Shown: piece after piece, positions 25,914 through 38,953 of the stretch
How positions within the stretch are numbered: position 1 is the stretch's first letter
Layout of the letters: the number at the start of each line of letters is the position of its first letter
Assembly (NCBI GenBank): GCA_002189035.1
Contig: NEEC01000011.1
Coordinates: forward strand, 310,001 to 374,000
Direction: 5' to 3'
Length of the DNA stretch: 64,000 nt
From: Utricularia gibba
Lineage: Eukaryota; Plantae; Magnoliophyta
Translations under genes and position numbers: made by a program
Notes under the pieces: generated by a model
The model's database searches: none
The model's input: the letters and a program-made list of their open reading frames with translations, nothing else
What the model was told of the DNA's origin: nothing

Positions 25914-27755
25914 TCAAAATGATATTAAATCATTACTACTACTTCCCTGCTTTGTCTTTGCATCCTCTGCTGTGTCTGATGTGCTGCTGCTTCCAGGTTT
26001 CTTACCGAATATCATCTCATCAAGGTCATCCATCATGTCATCGTTCCTGGACCCTAGATTTGGTGGCTTCCTGATGAGAGCACCTTCTTTGGTCATTGAG
26101 GAATCATCGGGTTCGATGGCTACTGGGATCATAGCAGGCTCTGGCATAGAATGAACCTGTCTTGGCTTTCTCATCTCTTCGTACTTGGATAGAGCTTTCT
26201 GAAGTTCGTCATTCACATTCAGCGCTTCGAAAAGCAGACCCTCGTTATCCCCAGCTGTTTCAATGATTGTTTGAACCGTGTATTGGGACTCACGGCATTG
26301 ATGCAACAGGGTTGTCACCAAATCATCCTGCACAAACATGAAGAACACAGTTCGGTTTTATACTCAAAGCCGCAGGAAAACTTAATTTTGACAGCAGAGG
26401 TGAGTACCGTGTGATCAAGAATGGATGAAAATATGGGGATTGGGACTAAAAAGGTGAAGACCATATAAAAAAATTGTCTCAACTTTTGAGCCGCAAAGAT
26501 CACTTTCAAACAAGACTTCAACAGTCATACGAAGCACCTCTCAGTAGACAGCATGGGAACATATAAAATACTACATGTACCTCTAGAGCATCTTGCTGAG
26601 GAGAAGAGGATAGAACAGTGTTAAGAAGCTCGATACTGTTTCGTGCAACATCAAATGCTTCCTTCGTTTGTTCAGCTGAAAAACTTCGAACAGGGATATC
26701 GTTGTGAAGTTGTTCTTGCTCCCCAAGTGGTAAAGGGACATATGAGTTGGTACTTTCCACTGATCTTGCAGGAGTAAATATTGGAGCTAGGCTCTCATTA
26801 TCACGACCAGGAAACCGAATTCCCCTCAACTTTAAACTCTGCAGGATCAGATACTCAAGTAAGCCAAATGGATCGCTCATAAAATTCAATAGGGGCATAA
26901 CATATGTACTACCCTCTCGGAAAATCTTTAAAACAAACCACATTAGCTAAATGACTTTACTACAGAAACACGTAAAATTGTTTCTCATGTTTCAATGAGC
27001 ATTTCCCATTTCCAATTTCTTTCCCTCAATTTTCAAATACTATGCCTCACAGGTTATACACTATTCTTCATATTGTATTCCTAGCCATACATCAAGTTCA
27101 ATTCCTCAGCACTCAACCAAAAAATCATGCTCATAGAAACTCCAAAAATGACAATATTTTTCAAAAGCTAAAACCTATTGTGTTGCATAAGAACACCAAT
27201 TATCTACTTGCTTGTAACTGGAGGTTAACCGCTTTACCTTATATGTCTCTTCATAAACGGGCAAGTAGCGCAACTCATCTGAAGATTCTCCCAAGATTCA
27301 ATTAGCATCAAGGCCTTGTTCCGGTTGTTGACAAGAGTCTGGGGGTCATCAATCATCTTAACCAGCTCATCAAGAACCCTTTCAGCTGCAACCTCCGAGA
27401 ACGCCTTCTCACAATTCTTCACCACAGTTTCGAGCAATACAAGAGCCAAGTACTGGACCCTAGGGTTCTTCAAAATGATCCTTTTCTTTATTCCCCTAAT
27501 AAACTCCACACTGTTAAGTCGCTCATGGTTTACCATATCACAGAGTTCAAGATTGGTAGCCCAATCAGGCTCATCCAGACCCTCAGATGTGGCTTCCTCA
27601 ACAAGTTTATCCGTTTCATTAGGTCCCTGGAAGAATTCCTTCACCTTGAAACTCACCGAGCTCATACCAGAGCTAATCTTTTGACCCACCTCGGAGCTAC
27701 CAATCTTCAACCGCTCTCCTAACTGACTCACTTTATCCATCAAATTGTCACTCAT
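25914..27755 (-). CDS. TOL1: TOM1-like VHS-GAT ubiquitin adaptor, 3 coding exons (27755-27238, 26838-26581, about 26327-25914)
   Basis: MSDNLMDKVSQLGERLKIG..EPDWATNLELCD..LETVVKNCEKAFSEVAAERVLDE..RGIRFPGRDNESLAPIFTP..LFEALNVNDELQK..DDLDEMIFGKK..NDLISF*. One G is missing at the W-G codons (27290-92), giving an apparent frameshift. Confidence 0.92.
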
Positions 27756-29260
27756 CTTCACAAATAGATCTGAAAATCAATTCCAAAAATTGAAACCCTG
27801 ATCACATCTACGCATAGAAATTTGAAAAAAGTTGTGATAAACTCGTAAATTCAAGAAAACCCCGCCCCCAGTCCAGCTAAGAATTAAGCATCACAAGGTC
27901 GAAGGCGAACCTTTTCCAATAAACAAGCAACTCCGAATCAATTAGCACAGAACAAAAATTTTGGAGGAAGAAAAACACAACAAAGAGGAAACCGAAATCA
28001 AAAGCGATCCAGTAATCTTTCTTTACCTTGGAAACGAAGCTAAGAAATTGTAGGTGGCGCAAAGTTCTGCGCAATTATGACCGCCGTGTAATGATGCGGG
28101 TGCGGGTGAAGCAGAAGAGCGAGGAATTTTCCAACCTTTTGACTTTTCTTCCAATTATTCAAGAAATCTCATCAATTTCATGTTATTTTACTGTATTTAT
28201 TTGTATTTCATATCTTAACGTTAATGATCATATTTTAATTTCAATTGGATGAATATATATTTTATTTATTTTTAAATTATTTATATCCACTTTATGTTTT
28301 ACTTTATTATTAGTTTGTATTAATTTTATATATTTTAAATTTGATTTTGTGGGATAAAAAGTGAATTTCATGCATATTTACGGTATTTTAAGTTAATTTA
28401 AAAAGAAATCAAGTTCTAAAAATATATGAGTTAGAGAGTACACGAATTTGGATTAAGATAAAATACATAAATAAAAATTTAATCCAACATTCAAAGGCTA
28501 AATAAATATTTGAAAATAATTTTGAAAATTTTGAATAAAATATTTAGATAGAAGTTATATAAAACATCTTATTCAAGGTAATACAAATCCAATAAAATAT
28601 TCAAATCTTCTTTATATAAATATTCGAATCTCCTCTATATCAATATATTACTTTTTTCACTCACTATATACGTACTTTAACTATGTTTCTCTTTTACTCT
28701 CTTATATAAATGCATTACTATCAACATATAGATTCAAGTAAATTGTGCAATAATGTTTAACATTTTGATCAAGCTAGTTCTCATATTTAATGTGAATTAT
28801 ATATATTATTCTTATTGATAAAATTAGTTTTCACTGTTTTATGTATAAATCATTCCTTATAATTGACAAATATAATTAGTCTTTTAAAATTTTATATTTT
28901 AGATGTTGTTGGTTCTTTATTATTTAGATACTTAATTTAATTAGTTCTTCACTATTAAAAACACTAGTTACGATTAATTGAGAAATAATTCTATTAAATT
29001 TTTAAAGAATGAAGAATTATTAATGTAATTTTTTAATGATGATAAACTGAGCCAAATTTTGAGAAAATTAAACTTATTTATGTTAATTTGTATATTTAAG
29101 CAATAAATATTAAAAATTATTGAGAGTCAATTTTTAAAATCACTTAAATCTCAACCATAGTCGAGCACACACGTCACCCATCCCGATTCTTCATCACCAC
29201 TAAAATCTCAACCAGACTTGAGCACACACGGCTCCACATTCCGTTTCTCCCACTCTCTTG

Positions 29261-29773
29261 ATGACGATGGTGGCGGAGGCGCCTGGATCCACGCTCCTAT
29301 TCACCTACGGCACTCTAAAGCGCGGGTTCTCCAACCATCCGCTTCTCGAGAACCTAATCGCCTCCGGTGACGTCGCCTTCGTCGCCTACGGCGTCACCGC
29401 CAAGGCACTTCCGCTCGTCTGCGGCCCATTCCGTGTGCCCTTCCTAATCAACAACCCTGGACACGGCCACCGCGTGTCGGGAGAGGTGTACTCGGTGTCG
29501 TCCGCCGCCTTGGCTCGGATCGACGAATTGGAGGGATTGAGCCGGGGACACTACGAGAGGCTGCCAATCGAGATCCAGATCGAGGAGGAAACGCGGAGCG
29601 GTTGGGCCTATTTCGCTCACCGGAGCTACGGAGAGGCGCTGTGGCGCAGGAGCGGCGATCAGGTGTACGACTGCTACTCGGAGAAATTGGCGACTGGATA
29701 TGTGAAACGCAACGATCGCCCCAAGAATCTGAGCTTCATGGATCAAGTCCGAGTGTTCATCGCCTCTTCTTAG
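29261..29773 (+). CDS. Gamma-glutamylcyclotransferase / AIG2-like protein, intronless
   Basis: LLFTYGTLKRGFSNH, GEVY, IDELEG and HYER motifs of the GGCT-like fold; uninterrupted 170-aa ORF. Confidence 0.9.
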   Translation: MTMVAEAPGSTLLFTYGTLKRGFSNHPLLENLIASGDVAFVAYGVTAKALPLVCGPFRVPFLINNPGHGHRVSGEVYSVSSAALARIDELEGLSRGHYERLPIEIQIEEETRSGWAYFAHRSYGEALWRRSGDQVYDCYSEKLATGYVKRNDRPKNLSFMDQVRVFIASS

Positions 29774-31814
29774 GAAGAAAGACATTTCCAATGTTGGATG
29801 GTTCTTAGGTGCCGTGTCTTCTTTTGGCTTCTTTCCCGCATTGATGGTATCGAGCATGAGCTGTCAATTGTGATGCAAATTCTCAGAAATTTAATGAAAT
29901 ACAAGTTTTTTGTTAAAATGATTGTTGTTTTTATTTGTTCATTAAACTAACTGTTATTGGTTTTACTATTATGAAAATAATTGTTGTTTTGAATATATTA
30001 ATATAATACCTGTTGTTTTTATTTTATTAAAATATATGATATGACATATTAAAATATACTAATTTATCTCAACAACACAAGAGCCCATGGATATTATTGG
30101 GACAATTTAGTTAAATAACTGTGTTAGAAAAAGTTTTTGTTAAAATATATGTTGTTTTTACATTATTATCAAACTACGTGTGTTTACTAATTTTTTTGTA
30201 AAAATACCTGCGTTTTTTTCGTTTTTTATATATATTATTTGTTATCAAAATACCTGTTTATTAAATTTATTTATTTTACCTTATTTGTTGTTTTTACAAA
30301 TTAGTTATTATTTTTTAATTTGCATCATAGTTAATCATAATGTACTAGATATTAAATATATTTTCAATAATTAAATTTTAGATACTAAGAAATAAAAAAT
30401 AATCATGTACTAAATTAAGAATTAAAAAAATTGAAATAAAATTACATCATGTCTCTCCAATAGTGTAGGAGTTGGATAGTTTTGTTAATATGACCGTATA
30501 AGATCAAAAAAATTATCAAAATACCTCCTATTTTTTATCATTACACAAATATATATACTTACTTATTTTTATTAGAATACTCATGTTATTGTTATTTCAA
30601 ATAACACAATCATTAGTATTATTATTTACATAAGATTTTTGTATTTAATATACATGTAGTTTTTTAAAAAAAATTGAAAGACTTTAAATAAAAATAAATA
30701 TTAAAAATTTTCAATTAATTTTATTAATAAACCTGTAATTTATTGATTCAAATGTATTCGAAAAAATATTTCGAAATTTTATAATATTTCCAAGTTATCC
30801 AATTAATTTTGTAACATTTGCAAATTTGTGATACAATAGATTAAAATATTAATTTTATAACAAATTCATTGTTTATATAACCTATTTGATAAATATTGAT
30901 CAAATAGCATTCTTTTGTATTTTTTCTGCTAAAAAGCTATATTTTTTTATATATCATATTTAATATAATAAAAGTAACTAGTTTTTATTTATAAAACATT
31001 GAAATATAAACATATATATAGATATAATTGTTATTTCGATTTTATATTCTTATTTAGTAAACAATTAGAGTTATATAGGTACCTAAATAATATCTCTATT
31101 TATGAATGTACAAATAATAACATAAAATTGAAATATCATTTATATTTATATATGCTTATATTTCCATTTTTTGTAACTAAAAATTAGATTTTTATTATAT
31201 TAAATATGATATACAAAAAGTAATATTGTTTAACCAAAAAATATATATATATAAGAATATTATTTGACAAATATTTACTTATAATTTTTATTTAAATCAA
31301 TTAATAAAATTTAAATAATTAAAACATCATTAATTCGTTTTTGTATATTTAATTTATAAGAATTTACAATTATACATGTTATATATGTTTTATTTGTGTA
31401 TTAAAGAACATCTATGTAAAAAAAATACTAATGGTAAATTGTAAAATTCAAAAATAATTTCAAAAACCATGAAACAAATATCCTGAATAATATGAGAATA
31501 AATAAAAAATTATCTTTTAATATTATGATTTATGCATTAACCAAAATATTGATGCAACATGAAAATATAAATATGAAAATGCAATTATTTATTTAAAATG
31601 AACATATTTTACTTTGAAATAAAAATAATACACATAATTTCATCTTTTCCTTGATGGAAGCAACCTCTAAACAAGTTTACCAACCAATGATTTTGATTTG
31701 ATTCCTTGTTGTCTTGGTTGGGATATATCTATTGATGAAAAAGGTTCTTTGTGATGATTGGGGATGTGAAATTGAATACCTTGAAGGTATATATGCTGAA
31801 TTTTCTTATGGATT

Positions 31815-34800
31815 TCAAGAGTTTCCCTCATATGACGAGTGTTTTAGCCTTGAACTTGAAGCAGTGGTCAATTGTGAAGACAACAGAGTTGAATCTCTCC
31901 TTGATGGTGGCTCTGGTGTAGAAGAGACATCAAGTCGTTCATCTAGTATGAATATATTGAAGTTAGCATCAATAGAATTTGGATCTTCCCTTGTTTGTTG
32001 ATGATGATGATATCTTCCTCTTTTTTGAAAATCTATTGTACCCTTCAGCCTTGTTTTTTGGGTTGGTCCTCTTTTCTTTGCTCTGCGTCGTGATGGATCA
32101 ACCAATAGCTGAAAAGGTGCTGGTCCCCATTTCTGCTCATTTCGAACGGGATGAACCTGACTACTATATGTATTAACAAGATAATGAGATCGATAGTAGT
32201 CACTTACTTTGTCTTTTGGGTTCACTCGAAAGTGATGACAAGCCTACCAAAAATGATAATTAGTTGTGAAATCGTAATAATGTAATATATATATTTCATT
32301 TTAGTTTACCTTTTGAGCATGACAACAGGGGTAGCGGTCATATTGCCAAACTCCACAATCACATACTTGTTTTTTCACATTAACCTTGCAAGACTCTATC
32401 CCATCTCTTGTCTTGAATGTGATTTCTACCCCTTGCTCAAAGGAATTGTACACAGTACAATTGAGTTGAGATAGTAATCTGCATGCTACATCATACTTAT
32501 TTTAAATTTGTTCCTCAAATGAGATTCCTTTCGCTACTCTAGCATTGGCAGCCACCCTATATCTCTCGAAATATTCTCTACCTTTCTCAAAAGTAACCTA
32601 AATGTAATTTATTAGTGTCACAATCTGCATGTAATTGAACTATGGATAATAGTATTATCTTTGCAATTTCTATTGGTGGCAACCGACGAGCTTCACGCAA
32701 TGCACTGTTGAGCGTCTCCACATGATTTGTAGTCATGATAGTATGCCTTTTTTCAATTATTAAGTAAGGCTTATACTCCATAAGAAAATTAAATAGAAGA
32801 ATATAAATATAACTTACCGATGGCCATCGTCATATAATAAAGTCCACTAATTTAAGGGGATTGCTTTCATATACTCAAATGCCTTCAATTTTTTACTCTT
32901 TAATGCTTTCATGGCATCTTCAAAATCTATTCGTGTTCTTGCATATGATGCTCTTCGAATGATCTCACCAAAACCTTTTGTTTTGCATCCAGCATGCGCC
33001 ATGCAATTTTTCCGTATATGAAATACGCAAAATTTGTGCACTCCATGGGTGGTGAAAAACGCTTATAGAGCTTGTAAGCTGCTAAGAATCCTGATCCTCG
33101 ATCATTGATAAGACATACTCCTTGCCTCCCACGTATCACATATATATCTAATTGTTTCATAAAAGATGCTCAATCTTCCCCTCCTTCACTTGGCACAAAA
33201 GCATATACGATTGGGCATACAAAATTATTAGCATCAATTGCAACAGCACCCAATAACTTGTAATCATAACGACCATATAAATGCGTAGCATCAATGCATA
33301 ATACTGGTCTACAATGAGAGAAATCATCAATAGTAAATCTGAAAGTCCAGAATACTCTACGAAATATATAATTGTCATTCTCATCTACCCCAATATGATC
33401 CCATGTCACTATCGTTCCAGGATTTGTTCGACAACTTCCTCTAGATAACTTGGAAGTTTAGATAATGAGTCTTCCCATGTTCCATACCGTATCTCATATG
33501 CTTTATACAAACTTGACCAAGGTTGCCAATATGAAATATCATACCCTAATGTTCTTTTGCTATTGCAATAAGATCCTTTGCTATTAACTTTTCACGTTGA
33601 TGATTCATCAATTTCGCGGAAATCCCCGGCTTTGTTAAATTGCGATGAAATGTTGCAAGATTTGGTGTGACTTCACAAGTGTGAGGCTCTATGATCTTCG
33701 TAACTTTCCAAGTCTTTGATCGACGTTGAAATCCAACGTTGCAATAATAAGGACAATCAGAATGTTATTTGTATTTTTTCCAACACATCACACGATACTG
33801 GGCTTTATCATTGTGCATCATATAGTATTCTCTTTGCGCAATAGTGATATTATAATGTGCTATGGCATCGATGACATCCTGTCTCTGCGTAAAATGCATC
33901 CCAACTTGTAGTTGCTGATGATTTCCACGATAATAATTAAGTTTAGGACTTGAGTCATTGGCATCAGCAAAGCAATATTCAATCTCTGTATTATTCTCAT
34001 CTAATGATACAGTATGTTGTTCGTCTTCTTCAGGTAGTGGTTCATCATGAAATTCAACCTCTTCATCTACATAAACAATATCTAGTACATGATCTTGTTC
34101 TTTAACATGACATGCATTTTCATAAACACCACATCTATCTTCATCATAGAAATAAGTAGGTTCAATATATGTGTACCTGAAAAATTTAGATTTTTAAATA
34201 TCAATGAATGATTCAATAACTTATATTCATAAACATTTAACTTATGTAATCTCAAAAAAATATAATATAAGTGATTACATAAATTCAGAAATAAATAAAT
34301 AAACAATGAGATAATTCTAATAAATAAAAAAAATATTCATTTAAATGAACATGAAAAATCTACTAAATAATTTAATTGATAATAATTTAAACTTGCATAT
34401 TAAATAAAATATGTAACAAAATTATTAAACAAAGTATTCCGAAATGTTGATAGCCTGCATCATCAGTATTCTGTGTATAATTGTTGTTTTCCTCGAATGC
34501 ATAAGATGGATTTGCGAATACGTCGACAAAATCATCAAGTGTAGGATATTGTGTGAATCCATTACATGAATATTATAATATTAACTCAAAGATTATAAAA
34601 AAAAATTTAAAAAAAATTACTCACCTATGTGGCTTGTAGTAGCTTCACCATCCTTCGATTTTTTTGAAATATATAAGTCAACACCAAAAGCTGAGTTATT
34701 TGGATTAAATACGTATCGAATTGTTGATAAATTGTCGATTATAGCTTCATTCATCATTCCAACTGCTTTATCAATAAACTTGGCCCTAATTTCATAGTTA

Positions 34801-34973
34801 TCTGGATGAATAAGAATATCATGCTCACCTCCAATAATCTCTAACGGCTTCTTGAATGATATAGAATGCTTCACTTCAATAAAACCACATAGATCTCTAT
34901 CATAATAAGAGATACCATTAGTATCTCTTAAAATTTGACCACCATAATACAATTTCAAGCAAACTTTGGCCAT
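31815..34973 (-). mobile_element. Degenerate MuDR/MULE transposase (element 1), boundaries unresolved
   Basis: MULE domain RPVLCIDATHLYGRYDYKLLGAVAIDANN, INDRGSG, FCVFHIRKN, TTNHVETLNSAL, SWIM-like CDCGVWQ...PCCH near 32330-32380; many stops. Confidence 0.88.
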
Positions 34974-35639
34974 TGAAAGAGATTTGAAAGGTCAAAATTG
35001 TTGAAAAATACTTGTTTGTTGTTATTGATTAATCATCATTTTTTATAGAAAATCTTTTAGATATTTTCTTACTTTTTGATTCATTTTAGACCACATATTG
35101 AAATATCAACAACATTTGTGGTTATAAATCAATAACATTTTGATTTATTTAGATATTTTGAATGCAAATGCTTTTTAGCCACAAGTTTTTGTTTTTAAAA
35201 AATATAACTTTTAATAATACGAATTTTTATATTATTAATATTCAATAATAATATTAGGGCCCACGTCCATCACACACGTACATGGGTTATGTAACCCACT
35301 TCCGTACCCAACTCTACATTAACCAAATATTTTTAGTTAATATTTATATTCAATTCATAAAAATTTAAAATTTTACTAAATAATATAATTATAAAAGTAT
35401 GTTGAATGTGAATAATTTTTATCATATTAAAATATAAAGATTTTAAAAATTTAACTTCTTTTTTTTATTTGTATCGGATGAACAAAAATATGATAAGATT
35501 GATAAAATCAAATCTTTTGTATTAATATCAATTCATCATTTTTATTAAAATTCTATATTTTTAGTGTTTAATCATTATTTTTTTCTTTGTTAATAAAATT
35601 AATGTGTTTCAATATTTTTTTGAATATTAATAATTCATA

Positions 35640-35962
35640 GTAAATTTGATGTGCATATGTGTCTACAAGACAATCCAATTCACTCCCAGTGTCAATATGA
35701 ATTAACTCCCAATGTCAATTTAGTGAAAAACCGAGATAAGAACGGACAAAATAAAGAGATGAAATCTCATTCCTAGGAATTGCATTCCGTAGTCAAGGCC
35801 CATCACTTAGGTTGTAACTTTTTATTTCTATGTCTCAAAAACCTCCTTTTACAAAACCGTGACATTTTGTAGAAGTTTCTTATAAAACACTTTTCACGAA
35901 AAACAACTTCCCGAGATCGATATTCATACTACGCTTCTTGTTGAGGAAACGACACGCAAAAA
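35640..35962. repeat. Fragment of LTR family E
   Basis: Reverse complement resembles 1353-1530 (GCGTAGTA(C/T)GA..GAAAAGTGTTTT..TGTCACGG). Confidence 0.6.
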
Positions 35963-35999
35963 CATTGTATGCATTTTTTTATAATTTTTAGACCAAAAT

Positions 36000-36312
36000 T
36001 GAATCTTTTTAAACGTGATGCATCTTCAGTGCCACTTTTGAAACGTGATGCATTGCCTTGCATATATTTCAATTGTGATGTTTTATATTACTTATTTTTG
36101 AAATGTGATGCTTTTTTGTATATTTTTCAAACACAATGAACTAACTATGTTATTTTTAAAATGTGATATATCAAAATATATAACTTTATAAACATGATGA
36201 ATGAATACCGTTATTTTTATATCTTAATGTACTAAATATATAAATTTGTAAATGTGATACATTATATGTGCAACTTTATATGAATATGATGTATCCCAAT
36301 AGTGATTTTTCC
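36000..36312. repeat. Degenerate tandem array of about 30-bp units (core TTT.AAA(C/T)GTGATG), ending in a MULE-TIR-like GTGATTTTTCCT
   Basis: About 8 recurrences of the aaa(c/t)gtgat(g/a) core at 25-40 bp spacing. Confidence 0.5.
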
Positions 36313-36359
36313 TATTCATTAAACCATATTTACAATATAATCACATTATTTCCTTAATA

Positions 36360-36965
36360 AATTAGGATAGATCCAAAAGGGAGAGTTAGTGATATTCATC
36401 ATAAACAACCTTCATTAGAGCTAGATTGAAGATTAGTAAAAAACAAGGGTTTAGATAGATTTGCATTTTTGTTTGTTAAATGAATAATTTTTTGTTAGGG
36501 TGTAATAATTTTAATAATGAGCATGATGTTTATTGAAGTCTCAAAACATCACATTATCTAATTTTAGATAGAAATTTTATTTACTCGTTTATTATATTCT
36601 TGCATTTTATTGTGAAACTATATTAATTCTAACTTAGATTAAATTTTCATTATGACAAAAACAGAATACATTACCTTTAGATGACAAGCACAAATTTCCT
36701 TGTATTTCACTCATCCACTATTCTCGTATGTTTTGTATAATTGATTGTGAATTAGGTTTATAAATTTTATTAATTCATGAATTTGCATATTTACGACATG
36801 AATAAATTATTCATTTATCAGCCATAATGAGCAACAATTCGACTTGACCTTATAGAAAAAATTGGTGGATAGATCTGGTATGGGATTTCATCCAATAGGA
36901 ACTATAAAGTACAGAACTCTGGCCCGTGCATCTAACGGGATCTGATCAGGATCCTCATTGGTGGG
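36360..36965 (-). pseudogene. Candidate decayed exons of an unidentified gene
   Basis: 117-nt phase-0 exon 36965-36849 (CAG|...AAG|GT) reading PTNEDPDQIPLDARARVLYFIVPIG*NPIPDLSTNFFYK. Second AAG|GTAATG donor at 36675. Strong branch point/acceptor CTAATCTTCAATCTAG near 36421 followed by ALMKVVYDEYH*. Confidence 0.35.
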
Positions 36966-37236
36966 CTGATCATATATATATAAGTAATATTTGATGTCTT
37001 GTTTCTTACCATTTTAATTTAATGTTATTATATATAGTTTGACTCTTTTATCGTGATTAGTTTCTTGCTTTATTGGAGCCATTGAAAATTGAGATTTCTT
37101 AGATTTTTACATGTGAAAAACAATAGCTAAAACACCTCCACATCTAAATATAGATTTCTGCAAGTGATTTTTAAATATTCATTTATCCATGTATATAGAT
37201 TTCTGCACGTGATTATGGTGTTTTTAAAGATTTATT

Positions 37237-38507
37237 TGAGATAAACGGGAATTTCCTAATATCGTTGCAAATAAAAATGGAAAATCCGAATCAAATAAAT
37301 TTATAGTCCCTAATCGACACAAAATACAAATTTAGAAAACTTGTATAGTGGATGTCGGGGTCAATCACGAAGAGCTTGTGCTTGCTAAGTATTTTAGTAG
37401 ATGCAATATTTCGAATAACAGTAGTTCTTAGTCTAAGCTCAGACTAATAGTGGTAAACAAGTTCAGTAAACAAGGTAGGTAAGCAATATCAGGTTTCTAA
37501 GATAAAGTAACAGGTACTGGTTTTGACTCAGACTAATACGAGAACGCCTTAAGGATCTGCGGGTGGTGTTATGCTAAACTTCCTAACTTAATTTATTATC
37601 TTGCTACACTCATAACTTTAAATAACCTAAGTCTACCCAGGTCATTCATCATATTTTTGGCTTAATCTAGTCCCCAATATCATAACCAACATTGCAATTA
37701 GGTCTACCCGCATGCAAGGCATATAGAATTAAGTCTACCCGGTTCTACTGGTTCTACCCTGGACTAACACCGACTGATTCTGTTTGATTTGTTGGTCTAC
37801 CTCTAAACCATGCATTTAAGTTGTGAAACTACTTGCTCCCCTCCTTAGGTCTACCCATGATTTGTTAGGAACAAGAGTTAAAGAAGACAACTAAATTTCA
37901 TCATCAACCTAAGCACATACCACCCACTTCTCCTTAAGGCATCCCTAAGACTCTAGCCACTCATGCTTTGGAAATAAAACATGATTTCATTCATATAAGT
38001 TGGTCAAAATGGCAGAAACATTATAAACAAGTAAAATGCAGAAAGTCGAAATGTTCAGAAAACTAGAAAGTAAATAAAGATTGTTCTTCCGCCCATTAGC
38101 TACTGTTCTCAATCCGGAACAATAGCGCTGGACTGGGCTCCGGTGCTTTTCTTGGTGATGAAGGCCTCCCTTCCCCCCTCTGGTTGGTGTTTCTCCCTTT
38201 GGGGAAGAAGACCCCCTTGCATCCCCCTCGCTGTTTGCTTCTTTTCGCTCTCCCCTCTTTTCGAAAATAAATTTCCCCTTTCCTTCACTCCATTGCACTG
38301 TTGCTATCCGCGAGTACTGTTCCCGACCGCCAGCACTGTTCCCGGCCTGAACTTGCAGATTGCGGTGGCGGCAGAATAGTGCTCTTTGTCCTTCTCCGGA
38401 TTTTGCGCCCCTTTTTGCTTGTTTTACACGTTAGCAAGTCTGATTTTCGGCTCATCTCCCTGCTGAACTTACTGAAACATTAGTAATAAGAGTTGTGGAC
38501 TAAATCA
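37237..38507 (-). mobile_element. LTR family A copy, truncated about 145 bp short of the end seen at 314
   Basis: Similar to 38954-39292 + 46129-46915 and to 1-170. Confidence 0.65.
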
Positions 38508-38519
38508 TTAATTGCTTGT

Positions 38520-38953
38520 TAATGATTATGGGTTAGCAAAGCAACGGTATGTCCCTGTTGAGGAGGAGGTCGCTATTTTCTTAGGAGGGTAGGCAAGAGA
38601 GAAAGATACTCTAGCATACAAGAGTTTTTTGATTGGAGATGAGACACCATACATGCTGCATTCCACAATGTACTAATAGGATGACAAAAGGATTGGGGTC
38701 ATAGATGATACTCTAGTATACAAGAGTTCTATCCCTTTTTTATTAATAACTCTAAGTATTCATGTTTTAGGAATGGTATAGGGGGCCATAGATGGTACTC
38801 ATGTACTCATGTCAAGGCTTGTGTCCCGGAATTTAAGAATGTACTTTTCACTGATTGCAAAGGATCTTCACTCAAAATATATTAGTAGTTTGTGACTTTG
38901 ATATATGATTCACTTGTACAAAGGCTGGCTACAAAGGTGTAAGTCATGATAGT
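38520..38953 (+). mobile_element. PIF/Harbinger DDE transposase remnant, N-terminal part
   Basis: VPVEEEVAIFL, GAIDGTHV and TQNILVVCDFD in degraded frames. Confidence 0.75.

Noticed and set aside
25534-26154. 206-aa plus-strand ORF
   Set aside because: Antisense to TOL1 exon 3 and its 3' region; starts at ATG in AT-rich DNA with no recognisable domain.
36000-36312. Regularly spaced about 30-bp repeats resembling a CRISPR array
   Set aside because: Units are degenerate, there are no unique spacers or cas genes, and the context is a plant nuclear genome; best read as a transposon subterminal array.
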